Positions 1 through 7,385 of a stretch of DNA of 18,805 bases are shown here, in pieces. Origin of the DNA: Sulfurihydrogenibium sp. (GTDB lineage Bacteria; Aquificota; Aquificia; Aquificales; Hydrogenothermaceae); NCBI GenBank assembly GCA_037442825.1, contig JBBIPN010000021.1, positions 1-18,805 on the forward strand. Direction: 5' to 3'. The first letter of the stretch is position 1. Every line of letters starts with the position of its first letter. The translations under genes and the position numbers were made by a program. Below the pieces are notes generated by a model, which made no database searches, had not been told where the DNA came from, and saw only the letters and a program-made list of their open reading frames with translations.

Positions 1-173
1 GGTTTATTTGGTAGAAGACCAAGTTCATACATTGAAAATAAAATTCTTCTTTGAACTGGTTTCAATCCATCTCTTACATCTGGTATTGCCCTTCCAGCAA
101 TAACAGACATAGCATAATCAATGTATGCACTTTTAACTTCTTCTTCTATAAAAACTTTTTTAATATCTTCCAT
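1..173 (-). CDS. gyrA: Type IIA topoisomerase A subunit (DNA gyrase subunit A), 5' end only, runs off the window
   Basis: Manual translation from ATG at 173 (GGAG RBS upstream): [58 protein letters not shown]. It contains the GyrA/ParC signature [21 protein letters not shown]. ParC-like identity cannot be excluded from 57 aa. Confidence 0.9.
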   Translation of the reverse strand, partial: MEDIKKVFIEEEVKSAYIDYAMSVIAGRAIPDVRDGLKPVQRRILFSMYELGLLPNK

Positions 174-239
174 AACTACTCCATAAAAATATAATAAGTT
201 GAACATATTATAACATTTCTACAATTTTTATTAAATATA

Positions 240-275
240 ATTTCGAAATGCAATATATTATTTCAAAATGAAATA
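240..275. promoter_or_regulatory. Tandem palindromic sites, candidate upstream activator sequences for a sigma54 enhancer-binding protein
   Basis: ATTTCG-AAA-TGCAAT (240-254) and the perfect TATTTCA-AAA-TGAAATA (259-275) repeat 20 bp apart, centred about 140 and 120 bp upstream of the predicted sigma54 start. Confidence 0.55.
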
Positions 276-359
276 TGCAAACATTAATATAATTTAATTA
301 GTTAATATTAGCTAACTAAACAAAATATAACACTGTTTTTTATTAAAAATTCTTAACAA

Positions 360-376
360 CTGGCATATTTGTTGCG
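360..376 (+). promoter_or_regulatory. sigma54 (RpoN) -24/-12 promoter
   Basis: CTGGCATATTTGTTGCG matches TGGCAC-N5-TTGC with exact GG-N10-GC spacing, within a very AT-rich intergenic region. Confidence 0.75.
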
Positions 377-417
377 TATATTTAACAACGTAGGTTTTAA
401 ATTAATAAGGTTAGTAT

Positions 418-445
418 TTGACAACTTTTATAATATAATTAGAAT
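418..445 (+). promoter_or_regulatory. sigma70-type promoter
   Basis: TTGACA (418-423), 16-bp spacer, TAGAAT (440-445). Additional TATAAT hexamers lie nearby. Confidence 0.55.
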
Positions 446-468
446 ATAATGAGATATTTATATTCTAA
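439..468. promoter_or_regulatory. Perfect 11-bp inverted repeat overlapping the sigma70 -10/+1 region, candidate repressor operator
   Basis: TTAGAATATAA (439-449), N8, TTATATTCTAA (458-468). Confidence 0.45.
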
Positions 469-492
469 AAATTTTATATAGGAGGTTTTTAA

Positions 493-1410
493 ATGAAAAA
501 AGTTTTAACACTTGCAACAGCTGGTCTTTTAGCAGTATCTGCTTCATCAAAAGCAGCTGATTTATTGGTCAGCGTAGATCAAGCAAAAGATTTAGTAGGA
601 AAGGCTGTTTTTGTCAACGGTGATGACCCAAAAGTTTTTGCTCAAGGTCATATTCCAGGCTCCGTAAATGCATTTGCTCATGATCTTCACTATCTAAAGG
701 ATATTAGACAGTGTGGTGGTCTCCCTATGTGTGAGAAAAATGCTCAGAAGTTCATAAGTGAGCTTGGAATCAGCAACAACTCTCAGGTTATAGCTTATGA
801 TGATGGTAAAGGTCCAAATGCTTCAGGTGTATGGTTCTTCCTTTATTTATACGGTGTAGATAATGTTCAAATGTTAGACGGTGGTTTTGCTACTTGGAAA
901 GCAAAAGGTTTACCAGTAGAAACTGGACCAGCTAAAAAACCAGCTCCTGGAAAATTCACTGTTAAAGTAAGAAAAGAGATTTTAGCTACTAAAGATGAAG
1001 TCTTAAAAGCTAGTAAAGATGCGTCTTATGTAGTTTTAGATGCAAGAAGATTTGAAGAGTATACTGGAAAAACATTATTAGACGCTCTTGAAGCACCAGG
1101 AAAACACAAACAGGTTGAAAGAGGTGGTCACATTCCTGGATCTAAATTCTTTGAATGGAAAAAGATTGCTGGAAACCCAAACGGTGAGCCAGGCAAATCT
1201 TTATTTAAATCAGTTGATCAAATTAAAAAACAACTTGAAAGAGCAGGTATTACTCCAGACAAAACAGTTATATCTTACTGTCACGTAGGTTTAGGAAGAG
1301 GTTCTTTTGTATTTACTGCTTTAAAATTAGCAAGTTATTCAAAAGCAAAAGTCTACGTTGGTTCTTGGGATGAATGGGGTAATGATAAATCTTTACCTAT
1401 AGAACAATAA
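493..1410 (+). CDS. Secreted (Sec signal) tandem-domain rhodanese/sulfurtransferase family protein
   Basis: GGAGG RBS; signal peptide MKKVLTLATAGLLAVSASSKA; two GHIPGS motifs; inactive N-domain YDDG and LDGGF.TW; LDARR.EEY; catalytic YCHVGLGRGS; C-terminal YVGSWDEW rhodanese signature. Confidence 0.9.
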   Translation: MKKVLTLATAGLLAVSASSKAADLLVSVDQAKDLVGKAVFVNGDDPKVFAQGHIPGSVNAFAHDLHYLKDIRQCGGLPMCEKNAQKFISELGISNNSQVIAYDDGKGPNASGVWFFLYLYGVDNVQMLDGGFATWKAKGLPVETGPAKKPAPGKFTVKVRKEILATKDEVLKASKDASYVVLDARRFEEYTGKTLLDALEAPGKHKQVERGGHIPGSKFFEWKKIAGNPNGEPGKSLFKSVDQIKKQLERAGITPDKTVISYCHVGLGRGSFVFTALKLASYSKAKVYVGSWDEWGNDKSLPIEQ

Positions 1411-1419
1411 TTTTATCTT

Positions 1420-1449
1420 AAGCCGGTCTTAGGACCGGCTTCAATTTTT
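1420..1449 (+). terminator. GC-rich hairpin after the rhodanese gene (weak terminator or mRNA-stabilising stem)
   Basis: AAGCCGGTC-TTAG-GACCGGCTT perfect 9-bp stem (1420-1441), followed by an interrupted T-tract CAATTTTT. Confidence 0.6.
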
Positions 1450-1467
1450 ATCAAGGAGGTTTTTAGT

Positions 1468-2604
1468 ATGGAACATTCACACCATTTAATAATGGGTATA
1501 ATTACAGGTATGTTGTTTGGCTTTACACTGTTTAAAGTTGGAGCTGTTAGATATTCAAGAGTTGAAGGTCTACTTTTACTTAGAGATTTAAAAATTATGA
1601 AATTTGCTTTTACTGGAATAGCAACTGCTTCTATAATCTATGGGTTAGCTGATATATTAGGTTTTGCTGAATCTACAAACTTGATTCCAAGGATAATGCC
1701 ATATATGGGAGTTGCACATCTTATAGGTGGTGTTATGTTTGGAATAGCTATGGCTTCAGCTGGATTTTGTCCTGGTACATGTGTTGCAAGGGTTGGAGCA
1801 GGTAAGTTCATATCTGCAGCAGGTATAATAGGTTTAGTTTTAGGTATAGTTATTTACAATGCAATCCAACCAACCTTAGTAGAAGCTGGAATATTAGGAA
1901 GTAGGCAAGATTTAACATTGTATGGTGTACTTGGAATACCTTATGGTCCTTTAGCTGTAGCATGGGGAGTTTTATTTTTAATACTTGCTTTAGTTGCAGA
2001 TTGGTTAGATCCGGCTAAAAAATTTTATATAGAAGAAAATACAAATAAATCATTAGTAAATAGATTAATAAAATCTGAATGGCATTGGGCTGTAGGTGGT
2101 GTTGCAGCAGGATCTATCATTGCTTTGGCTACTGCACAAGGGGAATATTTAGGATTTTCTGGTGCTTTACTTGCATTAGTTGCATGGATAGGTGATTCTT
2201 TAGGCTATCCTCTTTCTAACGTGGTGCCAAAATTAAATGAAACTATATATTGGCATTCTGGATTAATCATTGGCGTACTACCTGGAGCATTTATTGCTTC
2301 TATAATATCTGGTAAATTTAAATTTGATCCGGTTCCACCAGCATTTGCCCAAGTTACTCCACTACCAATAGTCAGAATGATTCTTGTTTTCTTTGCAGGT
2401 ATATTCTTGGCATTAGGTGCTATGATAGGTGGTGGTTGTACTACTGGAGCATTTTTAGCAGCTTATCCAACACTTTCTATTGGAAGTATGGCAATGTCTG
2501 CAACATACTTTATTGTAGGTATATTAACTGCAAACCTTATATACTTAGGTAGATGGTCAAGATTTATAGAAGCTAAAAAGGCTTCTGAAGAACTTTACGA
2601 TTAA
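1468..2604 (+). CDS. YeeE/YedE family (thiosulfate/sulfur-compound transporter-like) membrane protein, two-domain fusion
   Basis: Polytopic Gly-rich membrane protein with G..FGF, GG.MFG.AM...GFCPGT and LGAMIGGGCTTG motifs typical of YeeE/YedE; AAGGAGG RBS. Confidence 0.85.
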   Translation: MEHSHHLIMGIITGMLFGFTLFKVGAVRYSRVEGLLLLRDLKIMKFAFTGIATASIIYGLADILGFAESTNLIPRIMPYMGVAHLIGGVMFGIAMASAGFCPGTCVARVGAGKFISAAGIIGLVLGIVIYNAIQPTLVEAGILGSRQDLTLYGVLGIPYGPLAVAWGVLFLILALVADWLDPAKKFYIEENTNKSLVNRLIKSEWHWAVGGVAAGSIIALATAQGEYLGFSGALLALVAWIGDSLGYPLSNVVPKLNETIYWHSGLIIGVLPGAFIASIISGKFKFDPVPPAFAQVTPLPIVRMILVFFAGIFLALGAMIGGGCTTGAFLAAYPTLSIGSMAMSATYFIVGILTANLIYLGRWSRFIEAKKASEELYD

Positions 2605-2621
2605 TTTTAGAGGTGGTTAAT

Positions 2622-2756
2622 ATGAGTATGACAGAAAGATTATTATTTTGGATAGCTATAGTAGTTTTAGTCGTAGCTACATTTGGTGTAAAGGGTAAAG
2701 TTGACAACTTGGAAAAGCAAGTTTCTCAAGTAAATCAGGCATTTGGAGGTGAGTAA
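2622..2756 (+). CDS. Small single-TM protein (44 aa), absent from the ORF track
   Basis: GAGGTG RBS at 2610-2615; MSMTERLLFWIAIVVLVVATFGVKGKVDNLEKQVSQVNQAFGGE*. It fills the gap between genes, ends 2 nt before the next start, and resembles the next protein's N-terminus. Confidence 0.75.
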   Translation: MSMTERLLFWIAIVVLVVATFGVKGKVDNLEKQVSQVNQAFGGE

Positions 2757-2758
2757 CA

Positions 2759-3250
2759 GTGAATCCAAAAATTGAAAGAAGTGTATATATAGGTATTATT
2801 GTTGTTTTATCAGTTATCCTTTTTGGCTTAGGTAAAAAAGAACTTGAACTTAAAAAACAGATACCTGTAACTGCAGAAGAACTTTATAAAAAACTTTCAA
2901 ATCCAAAAATAAAGGTACAAATCATAGATGTTAGAGAGTTAACTTCTTCTGATGAGGTTGGTGGATATGAAGATTCAAGAATACCTGGAGCTTTACCATT
3001 TCCAAACTGTGATGAAACAAACATGAATACAGAAAATTTAAAAGATGCTTTAAAAAGAATCAATCCTTATATGTATACAGTAATAGTTTCTACTGATGGA
3101 AATCCAGATATATTTAAAAAATGTACTACAAAATTTAACAATGCTCAAAACTTAACAGGTGGTATGAAAGCTTGGCAAGAAGCAGGATTACCAGATGAAT
3201 CTGGAGAGTATACACCACCTAAAGCAGGTGGCGGCGGTGGTTGTTTATAA
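2759..3250 (+). CDS. Membrane-anchored single-domain rhodanese-like protein with a C-terminal Gly-rich Cys tail
   Basis: GTG start with GGAGGTG RBS; N-terminal TM helix; IIDVRE, RIPGA and LTGGMKAW...GLP rhodanese motifs; catalytic position reads VIVSTDG (Ser instead of Cys); ends PPKAGGGGGCL. Confidence 0.8.
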   Translation: MNPKIERSVYIGIIVVLSVILFGLGKKELELKKQIPVTAEELYKKLSNPKIKVQIIDVRELTSSDEVGGYEDSRIPGALPFPNCDETNMNTENLKDALKRINPYMYTVIVSTDGNPDIFKKCTTKFNNAQNLTGGMKAWQEAGLPDESGEYTPPKAGGGGGCL

Positions 3251-3273
3251 AAACAATAACAGGAGGTTAACGT

Positions 3274-6159
3274 ATGGCAATTTCTAGAAGAGATTTCTTA
3301 AAAATAATGTCTACAACAGGAGTTGCTGTTGGAACTGTTTCTTCAGAAGCTTTTGCTAAGTCAAAAGCTGTAGTAGTAGAAGATCCAAGAGCTTCTTATC
3401 CAAATAGTTCTTTTGTTGAAAATATGTATCGAAAAGAATTTGCTTATACTTACGGTAAAAAAGAAGAGCATGGAACAGCTTACCACTGTGTAAACTGTCA
3501 AGGTAACTGTGCTTGGGACGTATGGGTTCAAAATGGTATAGTAACAAGGGAAAATCAAGTAGCAAACTATCCCCTTTTAAACCCAAAAATTCCAGATGCT
3601 AACCCAAGAGGATGTAATAAAGGTGTACAACACTCTCAAGTTATGTATGAAAAAGATAGAGTTTTATACCCTATGAAAAGAGTAGGAAAAAGAGGAGAAG
3701 GAAAGTGGAAAAGGATATCTTGGGATGAAGCAATCGCAGAAGTAGCAACAAGAATATACGAAACAATGTTAACAAAAGGACCTGCTGGAAACTATATTCA
3801 CGTTGGTGCAGGTATGTTAACAGAAGCAAGGGCAGCTTCAGGTAAAAGACTTGGTACACTTCTTGGGGCTGTAAGGCCTTACATAGCATCTTACGTTGGA
3901 GATATGTTCCCAGGTGTTTCTCTCGTTTATGGTGAAGGTAATATAGGATTTTCTTATGACTTTGTTTATACTGCAAACGTCCAAATCTGGTGGGGACAAG
4001 ATCCAAACAAAACAAGGATACCAGATGCTCACTGGGTTTGGGAAGGTAAATACAACGGTGGAAAAGTTATAGTAATAACTCCTGATTTTAATGCAACAGC
4101 TAAAGGAGCTGACCTTTGGGTTCCAGTTAGAGCTGGATATGATGGCTTCTTAGCAATGTCTATAATAAATGAGATAATTCAAAAGAAACTTTATAAAGCT
4201 AACTTTATAAAAGTATTCACAGATTTACCATTCTTAGTAAGACTTGATAACAAGAAACTTTTAAGATTATCAGATATTGATAAAAATGATTCAATGTTTG
4301 ATAAAAAAGTATTTCACGTTATGGAAGAAAAAGCTCATGGTAAAGAGTTTGAGGAAGATGCAGTATTCTTATCTTACAACTTAAAAAATGGTAAATTTAC
4401 AATAATGCCAGGTAGTGAAGGAAACCCTATTAAAACATTAAGATTAAAAGATTTAGGATGGGATATAGATCCAGCATTAGAAGGTGTATATGAAGTAAAA
4501 CTAAAAGATGGTTCAAAGGTAAAAGTTACACCTGCATTTGAACTACTTAAAGCAGAAGCTGCAAAATTTCCAGCTGAAAAAACATTTAAACTTACAAACG
4601 TTCATCCAAAAATAGTAGAACAACTTGCAAAAGATATAGCTCTTCCAAAAGTTGCCTTTATCTCTATGGGATTTACTATAGGAAAATACTTTAATGGTAT
4701 ATTAACTCAAAGAGCAATAGCATCTATAACACCACTCTGTGGAAGACTTGGACCTTACGGAGGATTTAACTCTGAAAACGAATGGTCAATCTCTGGTTTA
4801 GCTAAAATATCTGGATTTGCTGGAAAATATAAAGAAAGATTCGCTTCTGGTTTTGTAAGTGAGTTTGTATTAGGTAATATGATGGAAGATTTTGACAAAT
4901 TGTATGAAGAAGATACATTTAAAGAAGTAACGGGAATGTCTAAAGAAGAGTATAAGAAAAAAGTAAATGAAATGCTTGCAAAATCAGAAGGAGATAAAGG
5001 AATAGGTCATGGTAAATCATATTGGAAAGATATAGAAACATTTTTACTTTTTGCAGATGCAAGATTTAGAAGAAATAAAGGTAGTACATATAAAAAAGCT
5101 TTCTTAGAAAAAGCTAAATTTATAGCATATATTGATTTTAGAATGTCTGATTTTGCAAACTATGCAGATATAATACTTCCAGCAAAATCTCACTATGAAG
5201 TGTGGGATTTAAGAACTAACCCTGGTTATCACAGATTTGCCAACCTTGCTCACCCACCAACAAACTTAAAACCTGTTGGAGAAGCAAAATCTGAATGGGA
5301 AATATGTACTATGATTGTTGAAAAAATCCAAGAAATTGCAATGAAAAAGTACAAAGAAACAGGAGATCAAAAGTATATTAAAATACCAGATCCATTATCA
5401 AAAACAGGTTATAGAGATTTAGATACATTGGTTGAAGAGTATACTATTGGTGGTCAGTTAAGAACAGATAGAGATGCTGTTGAAATAGCTTTAGAAAATA
5501 CTGACCAATTTAAACCAAACACTATTGAGACAATGTTTAAAAGAGGTGGTTATCTCGTACTAAATGAAAAAGCTGGAAAGTCTTCTCCACTTTATCCTGA
5601 TAAACCTTACAACGTATTTGAAAATAACTTATACCTATATGAAAGATTTGAAACACTCTCAGGAAGAATAACTTACTACGTAGATGATGACTTATGGATA
5701 CAACAAGGTGCAAATGTACCAACAACAAAAGAACCAATAAGACCAAGAAGATTTCCATTTGTTCTTATGACACCACACGCAAGGTGGTCAATACACTCAA
5801 CTTATAAAACATCTACTTTACTCCTTAGATTACAAAGAGGAAAACCTTATGTAATGATAAATCCAGAAATAGCTAAGAAAAAAGGCATAAAAGATGGTGA
5901 GGAAGTAAGAGTATTTAACTCTATTGGTGAGTTTTATGCTATGGCAAAAGTTTATCCATCTTGTCCTAAGGATACGATTATTCTGGAACATGGATGGGAA
6001 CCATTTTTCTATAAAGGTAGAAAAGGACATAATGAGACTGTTGCATCACCACTTAACTTGTTAGAACTTTCAGATGGTTGGGGACATCTTAAATTTGGTG
6101 GAAATTGGGATGGAAACCAACTTGGTTATGAAACTTCAGTAGATGTAGAAAAAGTTTAG
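3274..6159 (+). CDS. Tat-exported Mo-bisPGD oxidoreductase alpha subunit, DMSO reductase family type II (SerA/DdhA/EbdA/periplasmic Nar-like); substrate unknown
   Basis: Tat motif SRRDFLK; FS0 motif HCVNCQGNC...NPRGCNKG (His plus 3 Cys); YPMKRVGKRGEGKWKRISWDEA; predicted Asp Mo ligand in SYVGDMFPG; TRIPDAH; C-terminal TPHARWSIHS. Confidence 0.88.
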   Translation: MAISRRDFLKIMSTTGVAVGTVSSEAFAKSKAVVVEDPRASYPNSSFVENMYRKEFAYTYGKKEEHGTAYHCVNCQGNCAWDVWVQNGIVTRENQVANYPLLNPKIPDANPRGCNKGVQHSQVMYEKDRVLYPMKRVGKRGEGKWKRISWDEAIAEVATRIYETMLTKGPAGNYIHVGAGMLTEARAASGKRLGTLLGAVRPYIASYVGDMFPGVSLVYGEGNIGFSYDFVYTANVQIWWGQDPNKTRIPDAHWVWEGKYNGGKVIVITPDFNATAKGADLWVPVRAGYDGFLAMSIINEIIQKKLYKANFIKVFTDLPFLVRLDNKKLLRLSDIDKNDSMFDKKVFHVMEEKAHGKEFEEDAVFLSYNLKNGKFTIMPGSEGNPIKTLRLKDLGWDIDPALEGVYEVKLKDGSKVKVTPAFELLKAEAAKFPAEKTFKLTNVHPKIVEQLAKDIALPKVAFISMGFTIGKYFNGILTQRAIASITPLCGRLGPYGGFNSENEWSISGLAKISGFAGKYKERFASGFVSEFVLGNMMEDFDKLYEEDTFKEVTGMSKEEYKKKVNEMLAKSEGDKGIGHGKSYWKDIETFLLFADARFRRNKGSTYKKAFLEKAKFIAYIDFRMSDFANYADIILPAKSHYEVWDLRTNPGYHRFANLAHPPTNLKPVGEAKSEWEICTMIVEKIQEIAMKKYKETGDQKYIKIPDPLSKTGYRDLDTLVEEYTIGGQLRTDRDAVEIALENTDQFKPNTIETMFKRGGYLVLNEKAGKSSPLYPDKPYNVFENNLYLYERFETLSGRITYYVDDDLWIQQGANVPTTKEPIRPRRFPFVLMTPHARWSIHSTYKTSTLLLRLQRGKPYVMINPEIAKKKGIKDGEEVRVFNSIGEFYAMAKVYPSCPKDTIILEHGWEPFFYKGRKGHNETVASPLNLLELSDGWGHLKFGGNWDGNQLGYETSVDVEKV

Positions 6160-6172
6160 GGAGGTATTGTAG

Positions 6173-7327
6173 ATGTCAAAAAGACAACTTGCAATGGTAA
6201 TGGATTTAAATAAATGTATTGGTTGCCAAACATGTACAGTAGCATGTAAAACACAATGGACAAACAGAAATGGAAGAGAGTACATGTATTGGAACAACGT
6301 AGAAACACATCCAGGAGCAGGATATCCAAAAAATTGGATGGAGGCTGGTGGTGGTTTTGATCAAGAAGGAAACTTAAAAGATGGCATTATTCCAGATATG
6401 GTTTTAGATTATGGTGTACCTTGGGATTACAACCACGATGAACTTTTTAACGGTGGTTTATTACACACAAAAGAAAACTTAGAATATGGCCCAAACTGGG
6501 ACGAAGACGTAGGTGGTGGAGAATATCCAAACTCTTACTTCTTCTATATTCCAAGAATATGTAACCACTGTTCTAACCCAGGATGTTTAGCAGCATGCCC
6601 AAGGGAAGCTATCTTTAAAAGAGAACAAGATGGTATTGTTTTAGTTGACTTAGAAAGATGTCAAGGTTATAGATACTGTATAGCTGGATGCCCTTACAAA
6701 AAGATTTACTTTAATCCCAAAATATCAAAATCTGAAAAGTGTATATTCTGTTTCCCAAGGGTGGAAAAAGGTTTACCACCAGCATGTGCTCATCAATGTG
6801 TAGGTAGAATAAGATTTGTAGGTTTCTTAGATGATGAAGAAGGACAAGTTTACAAATTGGTACACAAATATAAAGTAGCTTTACCACTTAGACCAGACTT
6901 TGGAACACAACCAAACGTATACTATGTACCACCTCTATTTGATGCACCTAAATTTGATGACAAAATGGATTCGATAGAAAACTCAAGAAGAGTACCAATA
7001 GAATACTTAGAATTACTCTTTGGTAAAGAGGTTCATCAAGCTTTAGATACATTAAGGAAAGAAATGGAAAAAAGAGCAAAAGGAGAAGAATCAGAACTAA
7101 TGGATATACTTATAGCATACAGCCATAGAGATATGTTTAGACTTGATAATAACTACTATCAAAAAGAGGCTGTAGCTAAAAATCTAAAAGGTTCTGAATT
7201 CTTTAAAGTAATAGATCAAAGATATTTACAAGGTGCAAATACCAAAAAAGTTGAGATAAAAGATTACACATTCCATGAAAAAGTATTACCTTTACCACCG
7301 AGAGAAAATGGACATGGTCACCATTAA
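6173..7327 (+). CDS. Type II DMSO reductase family iron-sulfur beta subunit (NarH/SerB/DdhB-like)
   Basis: MDLNKCIGCQTCTVACK, YMYWNNVET, PRICNHCSNPGCLAACP, CQGYRYCIAGCPY (3Fe-4S type) and KCIFCFPR..PPACAHQCVGRIR; GTQPNVYYVPP. Confidence 0.92.
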   Translation: MSKRQLAMVMDLNKCIGCQTCTVACKTQWTNRNGREYMYWNNVETHPGAGYPKNWMEAGGGFDQEGNLKDGIIPDMVLDYGVPWDYNHDELFNGGLLHTKENLEYGPNWDEDVGGGEYPNSYFFYIPRICNHCSNPGCLAACPREAIFKREQDGIVLVDLERCQGYRYCIAGCPYKKIYFNPKISKSEKCIFCFPRVEKGLPPACAHQCVGRIRFVGFLDDEEGQVYKLVHKYKVALPLRPDFGTQPNVYYVPPLFDAPKFDDKMDSIENSRRVPIEYLELLFGKEVHQALDTLRKEMEKRAKGEESELMDILIAYSHRDMFRLDNNYYQKEAVAKNLKGSEFFKVIDQRYLQGANTKKVEIKDYTFHEKVLPLPPRENGHGHH

Positions 7328-7330
7328 TAT

Positions 7331-7354
7331 AAAAAGGGGGTTATACCCCTTTTT
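7331..7354 (+). terminator. Intrinsic terminator-like hairpin between the beta and gamma genes
   Basis: AAAAAGGGG-GTTATA-CCCCTTTTT; A/T tracts on both sides (bidirectional type). Confidence 0.65.
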
Positions 7355-7385
7355 GATAAAAAACAACGGAATAAGGAGGAACCTA

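Noticed and set aside
298..319. Inverted repeat TTAGTTA-N8-TAACTAA between the enhancer-like sites and the sigma54 box
   Set aside because: Only 7 bp and nearly all A/T in an AT-rich spacer; not distinguishable from chance without conservation data.
3274..7327. Naming module 1 narGH, serAB or ddhAB, and module 2 ttr, psr or arr
   Set aside because: Family membership is clear, but active-site segments and gene context do not let me assign a specific characterised enzyme without phylogeny.
7275..7385. ORF-track start of the gamma subunit at 7275 (412 aa)
   Set aside because: It overlaps the beta gene, runs through a terminator hairpin and buries the signal peptide. ATG 7386 has a strong RBS and starts a clean Sec signal.
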